A DNA stretch of 64,000 nucleotides from Minisyncoccota bacterium (GTDB taxonomy: Bacteria; Patescibacteriota; Minisyncoccia; Moranbacterales; GCA-2747515), in NCBI GenBank assembly GCA_937936355.1, contig CALDDM010000002.1:93173-157172 (forward strand), given 5' to 3'. The translations under genes and the position numbers were made by a program. Within the stretch, counting starts at the first letter, position 1; each line of letters starts with the position of its first letter. Shown here piece by piece: positions 39,237 to 48,371 of this stretch. A model generated the notes under the pieces. The model was not told where the DNA came from and searched no databases. It saw only the letters and a list, made by a program, of their open reading frames with translations.

Positions 39237-40262
39237 TTAGCTTTCGTATGGGTGGCCGAGATAATCGTATGCATGCTTGGTAGCAACGCGACCTCTCGGT
39301 GTCCGATCAAGGAATCCGTTTTGTGTTAGGTAGGGCTCATAAACATCTTCGATTGTCTGCACTTCTTCGGAGAGGGCATTTGCAATGGTATTGATGCCGA
39401 CTGGTCCTCCGCCAAATTTTTCGATGATGAGTGTGAGAAAGTCTCGATCGGTCGGCTCTAGTCCTGCGTTATCTATTGCGAGCATGTCGAGTGTTTTTGT
39501 GACTGTGTCTAGTGAAATTGTATCATGCTCGTGCACTTGAGCGAAGTCACGTGCACGCTTTAAGAGCCTGTTTGCAATACGTGGTGTTTGTCTTGCGGCG
39601 TTGCCAAGTTTTTTTGCGGCATCTTGATTAATGCCTATTTCGAGGATGTTTGCTGAGCGAGAAATGATGCTTTGGATATCGTCGATATCGTAGAATTCAA
39701 GTCGATGAATTGCACCGAATCGATCACGTAGGGGTCCTGTTAATGTGCCCATGCGTGTTGTTGCGCCGACGAGCGTGAATTTTGGGAGGTCGATTTGTAA
39801 TGCTTGTGCACTTGGCCCCTTGCCTACAACAAGGTCGAGTTTATGATCCTCCATTGCTGGGTAAAGTACTTCCTCAACGGATTTGTTGAGCCTGTGAATC
39901 TCATCGATAAAAAGTATGTCACCGTCACTCATGTTTGTAAGTATTGATCCGAGATCACCTACGCGCTCAATAGCTGGACCTGAGGTTACCTTGATATTGG
40001 CACTCATTTCTTTTGCGATGATGTTGGCGAGTGTTGTTTTCCCTAGACCCGGTGGTCCGTAGAGGAGGATGTGCTCGAGTGCATCACCTCGTTTTTTTGC
40101 TGCATCAAGAAAGATGCGCAATTGCTTTTTGAGTGTTTTTTGACCAACATACTCTTCGAGAGTTTGTGGTCGTAGTGTAATATCAAAAGTGACTTCTTGT
40201 ACATCCTGTTCTGCGGGTACGCTTTCTCCTTCTAATTCTTGTTTTGATGAGGTATTGAGCAT
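39237..40262 (-). CDS. ruvB: Holliday junction branch migration ATPase RuvB
   Basis: LRPQTLEEYVGQ, GPPGLGKTT, FIDEIHR, GATTR, LRDRFG and RTPRGR. Confidence 0.99.
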   Translation of the reverse strand: MLNTSSKQELEGESVPAEQDVQEVTFDITLRPQTLEEYVGQKTLKKQLRIFLDAAKKRGDALEHILLYGPPGLGKTTLANIIAKEMSANIKVTSGPAIERVGDLGSILTNMSDGDILFIDEIHRLNKSVEEVLYPAMEDHKLDLVVGKGPSAQALQIDLPKFTLVGATTRMGTLTGPLRDRFGAIHRLEFYDIDDIQSIISRSANILEIGINQDAAKKLGNAARQTPRIANRLLKRARDFAQVHEHDTISLDTVTKTLDMLAIDNAGLEPTDRDFLTLIIEKFGGGPVGINTIANALSEEVQTIEDVYEPYLTQNGFLDRTPRGRVATKHAYDYLGHPYES

Positions 40263-40359
40263 AGTGGGTGTTGTAACTTTTATATATGCAGCTGGCTTTG
40301 CTACTTCTTCAGGTTTTGAATTGCTCTGTAGGTTCCATTATACGGTGCTTTCTAGGGTA

Positions 40360-40388
40360 TTGACAAATTTTTGTATGTATGCTATATT
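40360..40388 (+). promoter_or_regulatory. Near-consensus extended sigma70 promoter
   Basis: TTGACA(40360-40365)-17-TATATT(40383-40388) with TG at the extended -10 position. Confidence 0.75.
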
Positions 40389-40393
40389 ATCTA

Positions 40394-40668
40394 GTCATGC
40401 AAGGCGGGCCCGCTCTCCTTGATCTGACATACTTTACAAATGGTTTTTTTGACTCTGTAGGCATGCTTGGGTATTCTATCTTTTTATCTAAGTATTAGAA
40501 TGTCATGTCCAGATCGGGTAGGGTGGTTCCGGCTGCGCTATTCCTCGACGGGCCTTCTCCCTATGTTCTTGCTTACCAGCTCCATGGGTTGTGTCTACAG
40601 TGTCTAGATTGCCATTTCCTGCAGAGAATAGTCTTGCGTCTTACTCAACCTTTTAGGTTGAGTTTTTT
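40394..40668 (+). ncRNA. Candidate structured non-coding RNA (family not recognised)
   Basis: About 275 nt between a strong promoter and an intrinsic terminator. It holds several hairpins and has no ORF of 60 aa or more. Confidence 0.45.
40643..40668 (+). terminator. Intrinsic terminator
   Basis: ACTCAACCT-TTT-AGGTTGAGT followed by TTTTT. Confidence 0.8.
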
Positions 40669-40778
40669 GTTATGATCTCCTTTTTACATAATATAAGTGA
40701 AAAGATTTTTATAAGCTCAAAAAATCGTGGTGTTGTATTTCTTTGAGTACGTCTTCTGGGATAATTTTTTTGCATGAT

Positions 40779-40812
40779 AAAATGCCTCGTCACATTATGA
40801 CGAGGCATTTTT
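40779..40812. terminator. Intrinsic terminator (symmetric)
   Basis: AAAATGCCTCGTCA-CATTA-TGACGAGGCATTTT immediately after the stop of 40815..41255. Confidence 0.85.
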
Positions 40813-40814
40813 CC

Positions 40815-41255
40815 TTAATTCTCTTTTTCGTCGGTTTCTATCCACCTGACGACTGTCCGGTAGGTTGGTTGAATTTCTTTCAATTCTTCACCATCCCTCC
40901 CTTTTAAAATAGAGAGCTTCCCGTTTTTTGTGAGGACTATTTTTTCAGTGAGTCCGTTTTCTTGTGTGGGTTGCTTGATCTTGCTTATTCGCTCTTCGAT
41001 ACACCTTGGTATTGTGTTCAACCTATCGATACAGGCTTGTATGTCTCGCTCTATTCTTCTCGTTTCCAGAAAAGCCTCTTTTGACCGATAATTTTCTGGA
41101 TATTTACTTTGATCGTGGATTGATATCGCTATTGCCGATATGTTCCAGAAGATCGTTAGGGCTAGGCTAACAAAAAAAGTTTTGATCACGAACCATAAAG
41201 GCTCTATTTTTTTGAGGTTTTCCTCTAGAGCAGGGTTTTGGTTTTCGCTTTGCAT
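40815..41255 (-). CDS. Hypothetical single-TM protein
   Basis: Own promoter (TTTACA-17-TATAGT, 41322-41294), AAGGAG SD and terminator; one N-terminal TM helix. Confidence 0.75.
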   Translation of the reverse strand: MQSENQNPALEENLKKIEPLWFVIKTFFVSLALTIFWNISAIAISIHDQSKYPENYRSKEAFLETRRIERDIQACIDRLNTIPRCIEERISKIKQPTQENGLTEKIVLTKNGKLSILKGRDGEELKEIQPTYRTVVRWIETDEKEN

Positions 41256-41373
41256 CTCATTCTCCTTTTTGTCCTGGGGGTTTAGGACATGATACTATAG
41301 CATAATATTATTATTTTGTAAATACACCCTCCTTTATATATTGACATTTTGCTAGTATAATGCTATTTTTCTT

Positions 41374-42510
41374 TTGCATGAAAAATGTGCGATTAAAGGA
41401 GTTATTTTGAAAATTGATAAAAAGAAAGGACCTGAGCTGGTAGCGGCTGTAGATCATTTGCTCGAGTGCTCAATGCGCGACCGTCCGAAGAGTGCTTATT
41501 TGTTTGACCTGGCACGTCGAGGCGCATCTTCACAGGGTTGGGGTGCGTTGGCTGTGTTTTTTTATAGAAATAATCGAGGCTCGACCTATGTAGAGCGCGC
41601 ACGTCAACAGGCTAGGAAATCCTTTGAGGATATCCTTGCGCTGAGCGCCGTACAGAGCGCTGCGCTTGGTGATGTGCGAGGTGTCTATCGTGCGCAAAAA
41701 GATGGACACGAGCTTTCGCAGAAAAGTATCGATGCCCTTTATGAGGCTGTCAGTATGTATCCGAGGGGTCCTGCTGGAGAGAGTGATCTGCGATTGGCGT
41801 TTTTGCTACAGCCTTCACCACATCTGGTGGTACAGTCTCTTATAAGGAGCCGGATTCGTGTATTGGATGATGTGCAAAAAATACCACATGATACGAAGGG
41901 TTTTGGCACGTACTGTGACAAGATCATTGCGCTACTGAGACCTACAAGTCATATTGTGCCTATGATCCATCTCGCGTGCATTACAACTGTGTGTGATGCT
42001 TCAGTTAGACGTATTGTGCGGTATGTTGTCGCGTCTGAGGATCGAAGCCTCTTCTCGTCGGTAAGATTGTTACTCGAAAAGTATGATGTTTCCGTAAGTC
42101 TGATGAGTCAATATGTTAATGCTGCAATGGATTGTGGCGTTGTGTGGAATGTCCAAACTTTTGAAAAGTACGTAGGTCAGAGACCCTCGACACCTCAAAG
42201 AAAAGAGATGCAGAATCGCTATCTTTTGTCAGGAAAAATTATTGAAATTGACCGATCAGTCGAATACTTCGGAAGGCGATTTAGGCGCTCTGAAGTTGGC
42301 GATGCATTTGATAAGCTGATCCATACTGGAAGCTTGGCGCGTGCCTTGGACCTTTTTGACGAGGTTTCACAAAGAAGGAAGAAGGTGTTACTTGCCACAG
42401 CGATCTCGCATGGCATATTAGGGATTGCAGAATCTGCCGCCAAGAGGCTTGGTAGTACACTGACAGATCATCAATTGATTTTGCTTTCTTGCAATCACAA
42501 AAATTTGTAA
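41374..42510 (+). CDS. Hypothetical protein
   Basis: 378-aa ORF with an upstream TTGACA-17-TATTTT (41341-41369) and a downstream terminator. Start uncertain; no family recognised. Confidence 0.65.
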   Translation: MHEKCAIKGVILKIDKKKGPELVAAVDHLLECSMRDRPKSAYLFDLARRGASSQGWGALAVFFYRNNRGSTYVERARQQARKSFEDILALSAVQSAALGDVRGVYRAQKDGHELSQKSIDALYEAVSMYPRGPAGESDLRLAFLLQPSPHLVVQSLIRSRIRVLDDVQKIPHDTKGFGTYCDKIIALLRPTSHIVPMIHLACITTVCDASVRRIVRYVVASEDRSLFSSVRLLLEKYDVSVSLMSQYVNAAMDCGVVWNVQTFEKYVGQRPSTPQRKEMQNRYLLSGKIIEIDRSVEYFGRRFRRSEVGDAFDKLIHTGSLARALDLFDEVSQRRKKVLLATAISHGILGIAESAAKRLGSTLTDHQLILLSCNHKNL

Positions 42511-42544
42511 TCGTACGTGGCATGGCCATGTAGGATCAATGAAT

Positions 42545-42579
42545 AAAAAGTCCGCACTCTTAGATGAGTGCGGACTTTT
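42545..42579. terminator. Bidirectional intrinsic terminator
   Basis: AAAAGTCCGCACTC-TTAGAT-GAGTGCGGACTTTT between convergent genes. Confidence 0.88.
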
Positions 42580-42603
42580 CATTGAACATCAGCATCTCAA
42601 TCT

Positions 42604-45600
42604 TTAAAGCATTGTGACGCGACGGACCTCCTCTAGCGTTGTTTCGCCGCTCAAGGCTTTCAGGAGGCCATCTTCTTCTATGGTGATCATACCTGTTTCT
42701 TTGGCAACGGATTCTATGTCACTTGCAAGAGCTCCTCGCATTATTGCGCTAACGATTGCATCATTTAATACAAGGACTTCGCTGAGAGCTATGCGACCTT
42801 TGTAGCCAAGGCCATTACATTTTGCACATGATCCTGGTGTATACGTTGTTCCTTCTGTTATTTTTGGGATCGTAACCTTGGGATTGCTTGCTACGCGATC
42901 GAGGAAGCTTGTGATGATTGTTTGCTCTTCCTGTGTAAGTTCGCGATTTTGTTTGCATGAGCAGAGTTTGCGTACTAGGCGCTGAGCGATGATGGCGTTG
43001 AGCGATGCTGTGATGTCATCCCGCGAGAGATTTAAGTTTTCGAGTCTGCTCAATGTTGCGATTGCGCTGTTGGTGTGTAGTGTGGAGAGGACAAGGTGTC
43101 CTGTCTGCGCTGCGTCTGTTGCTGTGCTGGCAGTCTCTGTATCCCGAATTTCTCCAAGGAAGATTACATCGGGGTCTTGTCGCAAGAGTGAGGTCAGTGC
43201 ATTTGCAAATGTGTAGCCCTTTTCTGTATTTACCTGTGTCTGTAATATTCCAGGAATCTGATATTCAATTGGATCTTCAATGGTGATGACTTTGATTGCG
43301 TCTGTCGCTATCATTTGCAGGATGCTGTAGAGTGTTGTGGTTTTTCCTGATCCAGTTGGACCGGTATTGAGAATCATGCCATGAGGTTTACGTACTTGTT
43401 GCATGATACGCTCTTGGTTATATGGTGTGATTCCAAGCTCGCTGATGTCTGTATGAATTGCATCGCTTGTTAGTAGTCGCATTACTACTGTTTCTCCAAA
43501 TCCGCCGACGATGATTGAGACACGAACATCTGCCGTTGCTTCTTTTGTCTCATCGAGACCTTCATAAAAAATACCGAAACGACTGTCGGTTACGCCTTGT
43601 CGTGCAGTTGTTGGTATGTTTGCGAGTACTTTGATCTCCCCAAGGATCTGCTGAAAACTTGTTAGCTCTATTGACGCGATTGTTTGTAGTGTGCCATCGA
43701 TACGCAGGCGAATTTGTACGTCTTTGTCATTTGGCTCAATGTGGATGTCACTTGCGCGTAAGTGTGTTGCATAGCCTATGATTTGAGGTAATACATTACT
43801 ACTGGTTGCTTGTGCTATGGTTGTTTGCATCTCACTGATACTATTTGCTTTTTGGGATGCATTTATAGTGTGCTGTTGTGAGATGGTGAGTCGTTTGGTT
43901 AAGGTTTGTGACATGAGGCTGTCGTAGAGATCTTGAATCATGCCTGATTCGGATGTGACACGCCACACCTCATCGATCGATGTGGATCCTTCAAGTGCTT
44001 TTAAGATACCATCTTGTGTCATTGTGACGAATCCTTCTTCAATTGCTTGCTTGGTGAGCTCTGCTTCGCCATGCATCTCAAGAATCATTTCTTCTAGTTT
44101 GTCACCAATTGTGAGTGCCTCAAAAATCCCAATACGTCCTTTGTATCCACTATCCCCACACTTCACGCAACCAACTGGCCTGTAAAGTGTTGTAATAGTT
44201 TTTGGTGTTTCAATCTCCGCTTTTGGTGAGATGAGGCTTATCATCTTCATCAATGTTTCTGCTACTTCTTGTGCTGGTTCATATGTCTGTTTACAGTGTT
44301 TGCACAGTTTTCGCACAAGGCGTTGTGCGAGAAAGATGTCAGATGCTGACGGTATTAGTGTTGGTCGAATTCCCATCTCAGTAAGGCGGGCTATGGTGCC
44401 AATTGCTCCATTGGTGTGGAGTGTCGAAAGGACAAGGTGTCCTGTGAGCGCTGCACCGAGCGCTACTTCTGCCGTTTCCTCATCGCGGATCTCTCCCACA
44501 AGGATAATATCTGGATCTTGTCGTACGATTGATCGCAAAGCATTTGCGAATGAGAAGTCTTGATCATGCGTTGCTTCTGTTTGAACAATTCCTTCGATTT
44601 GATACTCAATTGGGTTTTCTATCGTAATGATTTTGTTTTGTTCATTGGTCAGGTGCTTTAGTATGCTGTAGAGTGTTGTGGTTTTTCCTGATCCAGTTGG
44701 TCCTGTTGTGAGGATGAGGCCGTCAGTTTTTCCAAGTGCACCCATAAGGTCCTTGTGGGCTTTTCCTCTGAGTCCAAGGCTCTCTATAGAGGTTGTCATA
44801 TCGCCACCGAGGACGCGCATCACGATGTTTTCTGATTTCTTTCCCGGAATGATGCTCGTTCGTATGTCTACCTTTTTCCTGCTTGTCGTGTTGTCTTGTG
44901 CTTGTTCCTCGATATCAAAAGAAAAGCGACCATCCTGCGCTTCGCCTCGGATGTTAATTTTCATACTACTCATCAGCTTGATGCGCGAAACGATCGTAGG
45001 GAGGTTTGCGAGTGGGATGTGCACGACATCTTTGAGTAGTCCGTCAATGCGATAACGTAATCGAACATGATCTGTTTGAGGTTCAATGTGGATGTCACTT
45101 GCCTCTAGTGCGATTGCACCTGTTAAGATGATGCTGAGAATTTCTGTTGTTGAGAGTGATTCGATATCCTTTGAGAGTTTGAGGAGTTTGCCAGTGCTTG
45201 CCTCAAAAGCTTTTAGGTCGGCGCTCCCCAGGGATAAGCGCATCGTGTCGAGCTTGTCCGTGATGAGTACGTTTTTGTAGATGTTGAGACCTTTTTGCAA
45301 TGAGGCTCCTGAGATTACTGTGAGCAATACTGTGACGCCTTGGTTTTGTTCCAGGTTTTCAATGTGTTTTAGTAGACGCTTGTCTTCTGGTTTGCTTGTT
45401 CCGAAGTGGAGTTTGCGACCACTTTTGTGAAAGCAAATGACATTTAAATCGTGAGCGATGTTTTCCGGTATTAGAAAGATATCCTCTGTGGATAGTGGTG
45501 TGATGTTGAGGTCGGCGTATGGTAGGCCAAGTTTATTTGCGAGGCGCGCTGTGTACTGTTCGCCGCCCTTTTTGCGCATGCGTGTGATTTTGTCTGTGAG

Positions 45601-45651
45601 GATTTGATCTTTTTTGCGCGCAACTTTTTGTCCTTGAATGACTTGGATCAT
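42604..45651 (-). CDS. PilB/GspE family secretion ATPase with two complete tandem ATPase modules
   Basis: Each of these occurs twice: ASDIHIEP..RLR.RIDG, GPTGSGKTTTLYS, IITIE(N/D)PIEY, RQDPD.I..GEIRD, TGHLVLSTLHTN, AQRLVRKLC, tetra-Cys Zn site, GYKGRI, T(S/T)..EV.RV. Confidence 0.95.
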   Translation of the reverse strand: MIQVIQGQKVARKKDQILTDKITRMRKKGGEQYTARLANKLGLPYADLNITPLSTEDIFLIPENIAHDLNVICFHKSGRKLHFGTSKPEDKRLLKHIENLEQNQGVTVLLTVISGASLQKGLNIYKNVLITDKLDTMRLSLGSADLKAFEASTGKLLKLSKDIESLSTTEILSIILTGAIALEASDIHIEPQTDHVRLRYRIDGLLKDVVHIPLANLPTIVSRIKLMSSMKINIRGEAQDGRFSFDIEEQAQDNTTSRKKVDIRTSIIPGKKSENIVMRVLGGDMTTSIESLGLRGKAHKDLMGALGKTDGLILTTGPTGSGKTTTLYSILKHLTNEQNKIITIENPIEYQIEGIVQTEATHDQDFSFANALRSIVRQDPDIILVGEIRDEETAEVALGAALTGHLVLSTLHTNGAIGTIARLTEMGIRPTLIPSASDIFLAQRLVRKLCKHCKQTYEPAQEVAETLMKMISLISPKAEIETPKTITTLYRPVGCVKCGDSGYKGRIGIFEALTIGDKLEEMILEMHGEAELTKQAIEEGFVTMTQDGILKALEGSTSIDEVWRVTSESGMIQDLYDSLMSQTLTKRLTISQQHTINASQKANSISEMQTTIAQATSSNVLPQIIGYATHLRASDIHIEPNDKDVQIRLRIDGTLQTIASIELTSFQQILGEIKVLANIPTTARQGVTDSRFGIFYEGLDETKEATADVRVSIIVGGFGETVVMRLLTSDAIHTDISELGITPYNQERIMQQVRKPHGMILNTGPTGSGKTTTLYSILQMIATDAIKVITIEDPIEYQIPGILQTQVNTEKGYTFANALTSLLRQDPDVIFLGEIRDTETASTATDAAQTGHLVLSTLHTNSAIATLSRLENLNLSRDDITASLNAIIAQRLVRKLCSCKQNRELTQEEQTIITSFLDRVASNPKVTIPKITEGTTYTPGSCAKCNGLGYKGRIALSEVLVLNDAIVSAIMRGALASDIESVAKETGMITIEEDGLLKALSGETTLEEVRRVTML

Positions 45652-45849
45652 GATGGTGTGATAGAAAATGGGTCAAAGATATGTCTCTTCTTACCTCCCA
45701 GTATATCATCTTCTGTGGTCATGGATGAACTTTTTTCTGACTGACCAGCGTCTCTGTGTCATCTGTCTTCACTCTACCTTCTTCCTTCTTGTTGCATCTT
45801 GCTGAAGCCTCTTTTGTGTGATTTTGCCTGACCACCTTTGGCTGAGGCT

Positions 45850-47028
45850 TTATTTTTTTGTCAGGTTCTTTTGTAGTAGAGTAACGAGATTTTGTTGGGC
45901 TTCTTGGGCATCTGGCACGCGAAATGCGATTTCATAAAAGCCTGATTTTTCCTTGGGTCCAAAAACTTCTTCCGGCAAGTTTGCTTTGCTTGATGTATCG
46001 ATGAGGCAATAGAATTGGTGTGTACCTGTGGATTCCCCAACCTCGTGCTGGTCTTTTTCCTGATATATGATTGCAATGTAGTCTGCCTTTGTGTGATTGC
46101 TTCTTATTTTTGTGATGATGCTTGGGATGAGGTGATGCGTTGTGTTGGTGGACGTAAAGTCTTCAGATGAGATGAGTGTTGTCACGATCTTACCATCTTC
46201 GTGTGTTGTGAGCCTTGTTAGGGCTTTACCCCATAGCTTGAGGCGAGCAAGGGGTTGACTAGAGAAGAGCTCATCGATGATTAGTTGTTGATTGGCGCCA
46301 TGCTCGATCATGGTGCTTGCTATTGTCAGTGCGCGAGGTGTCGTGTGTGTAGCACGAAAGCTGTCTGTTGCTACGATGACGCCTGCAAGAAAACACTGTG
46401 CCACTTCTTTTGTGATAGCGTCAGGATATGTTTTTTGACAGAGATTAGCCATAATTTCACTCACTGAAGATGCGGTGAGCGTCACGATATTAATATGTCC
46501 GTATTGTTCATTTGCCCCACCGCGATCGATATTGATGATTGGGAGATCATAGAATAGGTCTGGCATCTGTAGGCCAAGTGGTCCAAATGACTCTTTGTCA
46601 GGGGCGCCGACTGCGATCATTGCATCGTATGGAAAGTCTGCGAGGCCAAACGAAAAGTCGCGGGAGTCTATGGTTCCATTTTTTGGAGTGACGCGAATCT
46701 CTACAGTGTCTTCTGTTCGCTCACTCCTGATGTTGGTGACGTCGTTGTGCGCTGTTTTGAATGTCAGAACAAAATCTCGTGTGTGAGAGAGTGAGTGGCG
46801 AATGTTTTTGGGCTGCGGTAGGAAAGCATACATTTCGCGGTAGTTTGCTGTGTCGTCATAAGCAATGGTTGCTTCGATTCCAATCGCTTCGCACACGAGT
46901 GCGAGTCCATAGCTTGCGGCGATGATGTCTCCATGGATTTGCGGGGTTGTTTCTTCGGGAATAATAACGAGCAAGTGCTGTGCACTTGCAAGAATCTTCT
47001 GAAATTGTTCTGTGGGGGAGAGTGCCAT
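45850..47028 (-). CDS. DHH/NrnA-family phosphoesterase homologue with degenerate catalytic motifs
   Basis: PIINIDRGGANEQYGHINIV..ASSVSEI, AGVIVATDSFR...TT and LKLWGKAL fit NrnA-like proteins, but DHH reads DRG. Start moved to ATG 47028. Confidence 0.8.
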   Translation of the reverse strand: MALSPTEQFQKILASAQHLLVIIPEETTPQIHGDIIAASYGLALVCEAIGIEATIAYDDTANYREMYAFLPQPKNIRHSLSHTRDFVLTFKTAHNDVTNIRSERTEDTVEIRVTPKNGTIDSRDFSFGLADFPYDAMIAVGAPDKESFGPLGLQMPDLFYDLPIINIDRGGANEQYGHINIVTLTASSVSEIMANLCQKTYPDAITKEVAQCFLAGVIVATDSFRATHTTPRALTIASTMIEHGANQQLIIDELFSSQPLARLKLWGKALTRLTTHEDGKIVTTLISSEDFTSTNTTHHLIPSIITKIRSNHTKADYIAIIYQEKDQHEVGESTGTHQFYCLIDTSSKANLPEEVFGPKEKSGFYEIAFRVPDAQEAQQNLVTLLQKNLTKK

Positions 47029-47125
47029 GGGGTGTCGTTTCAGTGTAACGTAGTATTTTAGCAAGTGAGAGATAACAGGTCAACAAATTGTTCTTTTTAG
47101 ATAAGAGATATGGTATTGTTGTCTC

Positions 47126-47596
47126 ATGGAAGGCATTACGATTCACAATCAACAAGAAAAAGAGATTAATTCTATAGGGGCGATGCATTTGTTTGCCTCT
47201 GATTTTTCTCAGAGCTTGTGCGGGGGGCAGGTGATCTGTCTGGAAGGGGATCTGGGAGCTGGTAAAACAACTTTTACACAAGGCTTGTTGGCAGCACTCG
47301 GTGCTCAGGGTCCGTATGTGAGTCCAACATTTCTCATAATGAAATGTTATGAGCTTGATGTTGTTTTCCGCGGACATACGCAGAATATTAATCGTGTTTA
47401 TCATATTGATGCCTATCGAATTACATCTGCAGATATGATAGAATTGGGCTGGGAAGAGATCCTCTGTGACCAAGAGGCCCTTGTTATTGTTGAATGGCCA
47501 CAGAGAATTTCTGATATTTTGCCGCAACTCCCACGCCAAAGAAATCTTTTTTTAGAGCATGGTGACGAGGAGGGTAAGCGCATTGTGCGGTATTAG
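47126..47596 (+). CDS. tsaE: tRNA threonylcarbamoyladenosine biosynthesis ATPase TsaE
   Basis: LEGDLGAGKTT, SPTF, HIDAYR and IVEWP. Confidence 0.97.
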   Translation: MEGITIHNQQEKEINSIGAMHLFASDFSQSLCGGQVICLEGDLGAGKTTFTQGLLAALGAQGPYVSPTFLIMKCYELDVVFRGHTQNINRVYHIDAYRITSADMIELGWEEILCDQEALVIVEWPQRISDILPQLPRQRNLFLEHGDEEGKRIVRY

Positions 47597-47616
47597 AGTA
47601 AATTTAAGAAAAATCA

Positions 47617-48366
47617 ATGAAGAAGGAATTGGTATGGAGCGTTACTTGTCTCGCACTACTTTCTGGCTGCGCTGCTGGTGAGGTTTCTGAGCAGGGCTCA
47701 GAATTATCTACACGTGATGGTGGTATTGCCAATCAGCTTGACGCACTTGAGAAGACAGAGGAGGTCGTCGATGGCGCGGTAGAAGCGAAAGATGCACAAG
47801 TGGAAGGGTTTATGAATGAAGATAATACATCATTAGATATTAAGACAATGGAAAAAGATTATTCGCAGGTACCAGAGGAAATTGATATGAGTCTTGCGCA
47901 GACATGCACAGGCGCAACGATCACGACCAATAAAGGTGTGATCAGCCTGAAACTCTATGGAGAAAAAGCGCCGATTGCAGTTGCGAACTTTTGTACGCTT
48001 GCCAAGAAAGGATTTTATGATGGTGTGATTTTTCACCGTGTGATCGAAGGATTTATGATTCAGGGTGGTGATCCAACCGGTACTGGTACTGGTGGCCCAG
48101 GATATACCTTTGAAGATGAGTTGCCATCTGCAGGTGAATATAAGCTTGGTTCGTTGGCGATGGCAAATGCTGGGCCAAATACTAATGGTAGTCAATTTTT
48201 TATCGTTAGCGGTCCAAATGGTGTACAGCTCCCACCGCTCTATGGACTCTTTGGTGAGGTGACTGAGGGTATGGATGTTGTTGCTGCTATTGAGGCAGTT
48301 GATACGGCGGCTATGGACAAGCCAGTTGAGGATGTTGTTATTGAGAAAGTCACCTTAGAGGAATAA
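47617..48366 (+). CDS. Cyclophilin-type peptidyl-prolyl isomerase, lipoprotein
   Basis: Lipobox LSGC; FHRVIEGFMIQGGDPTGTGTGGPGY and AMANAGPNTNGSQFFI. Confidence 0.95.
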   Translation: MKKELVWSVTCLALLSGCAAGEVSEQGSELSTRDGGIANQLDALEKTEEVVDGAVEAKDAQVEGFMNEDNTSLDIKTMEKDYSQVPEEIDMSLAQTCTGATITTNKGVISLKLYGEKAPIAVANFCTLAKKGFYDGVIFHRVIEGFMIQGGDPTGTGTGGPGYTFEDELPSAGEYKLGSLAMANAGPNTNGSQFFIVSGPNGVQLPPLYGLFGEVTEGMDVVAAIEAVDTAAMDKPVEDVVIEKVTLEE

Positions 48367-48371
48367 TTCTT

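Noticed and set aside
46856..47539. 227-aa minus-strand ORF spanning tsaE and the DHH gene start
   Set aside because: It overlaps two confident genes and has no recognisable motifs; treated as spurious.
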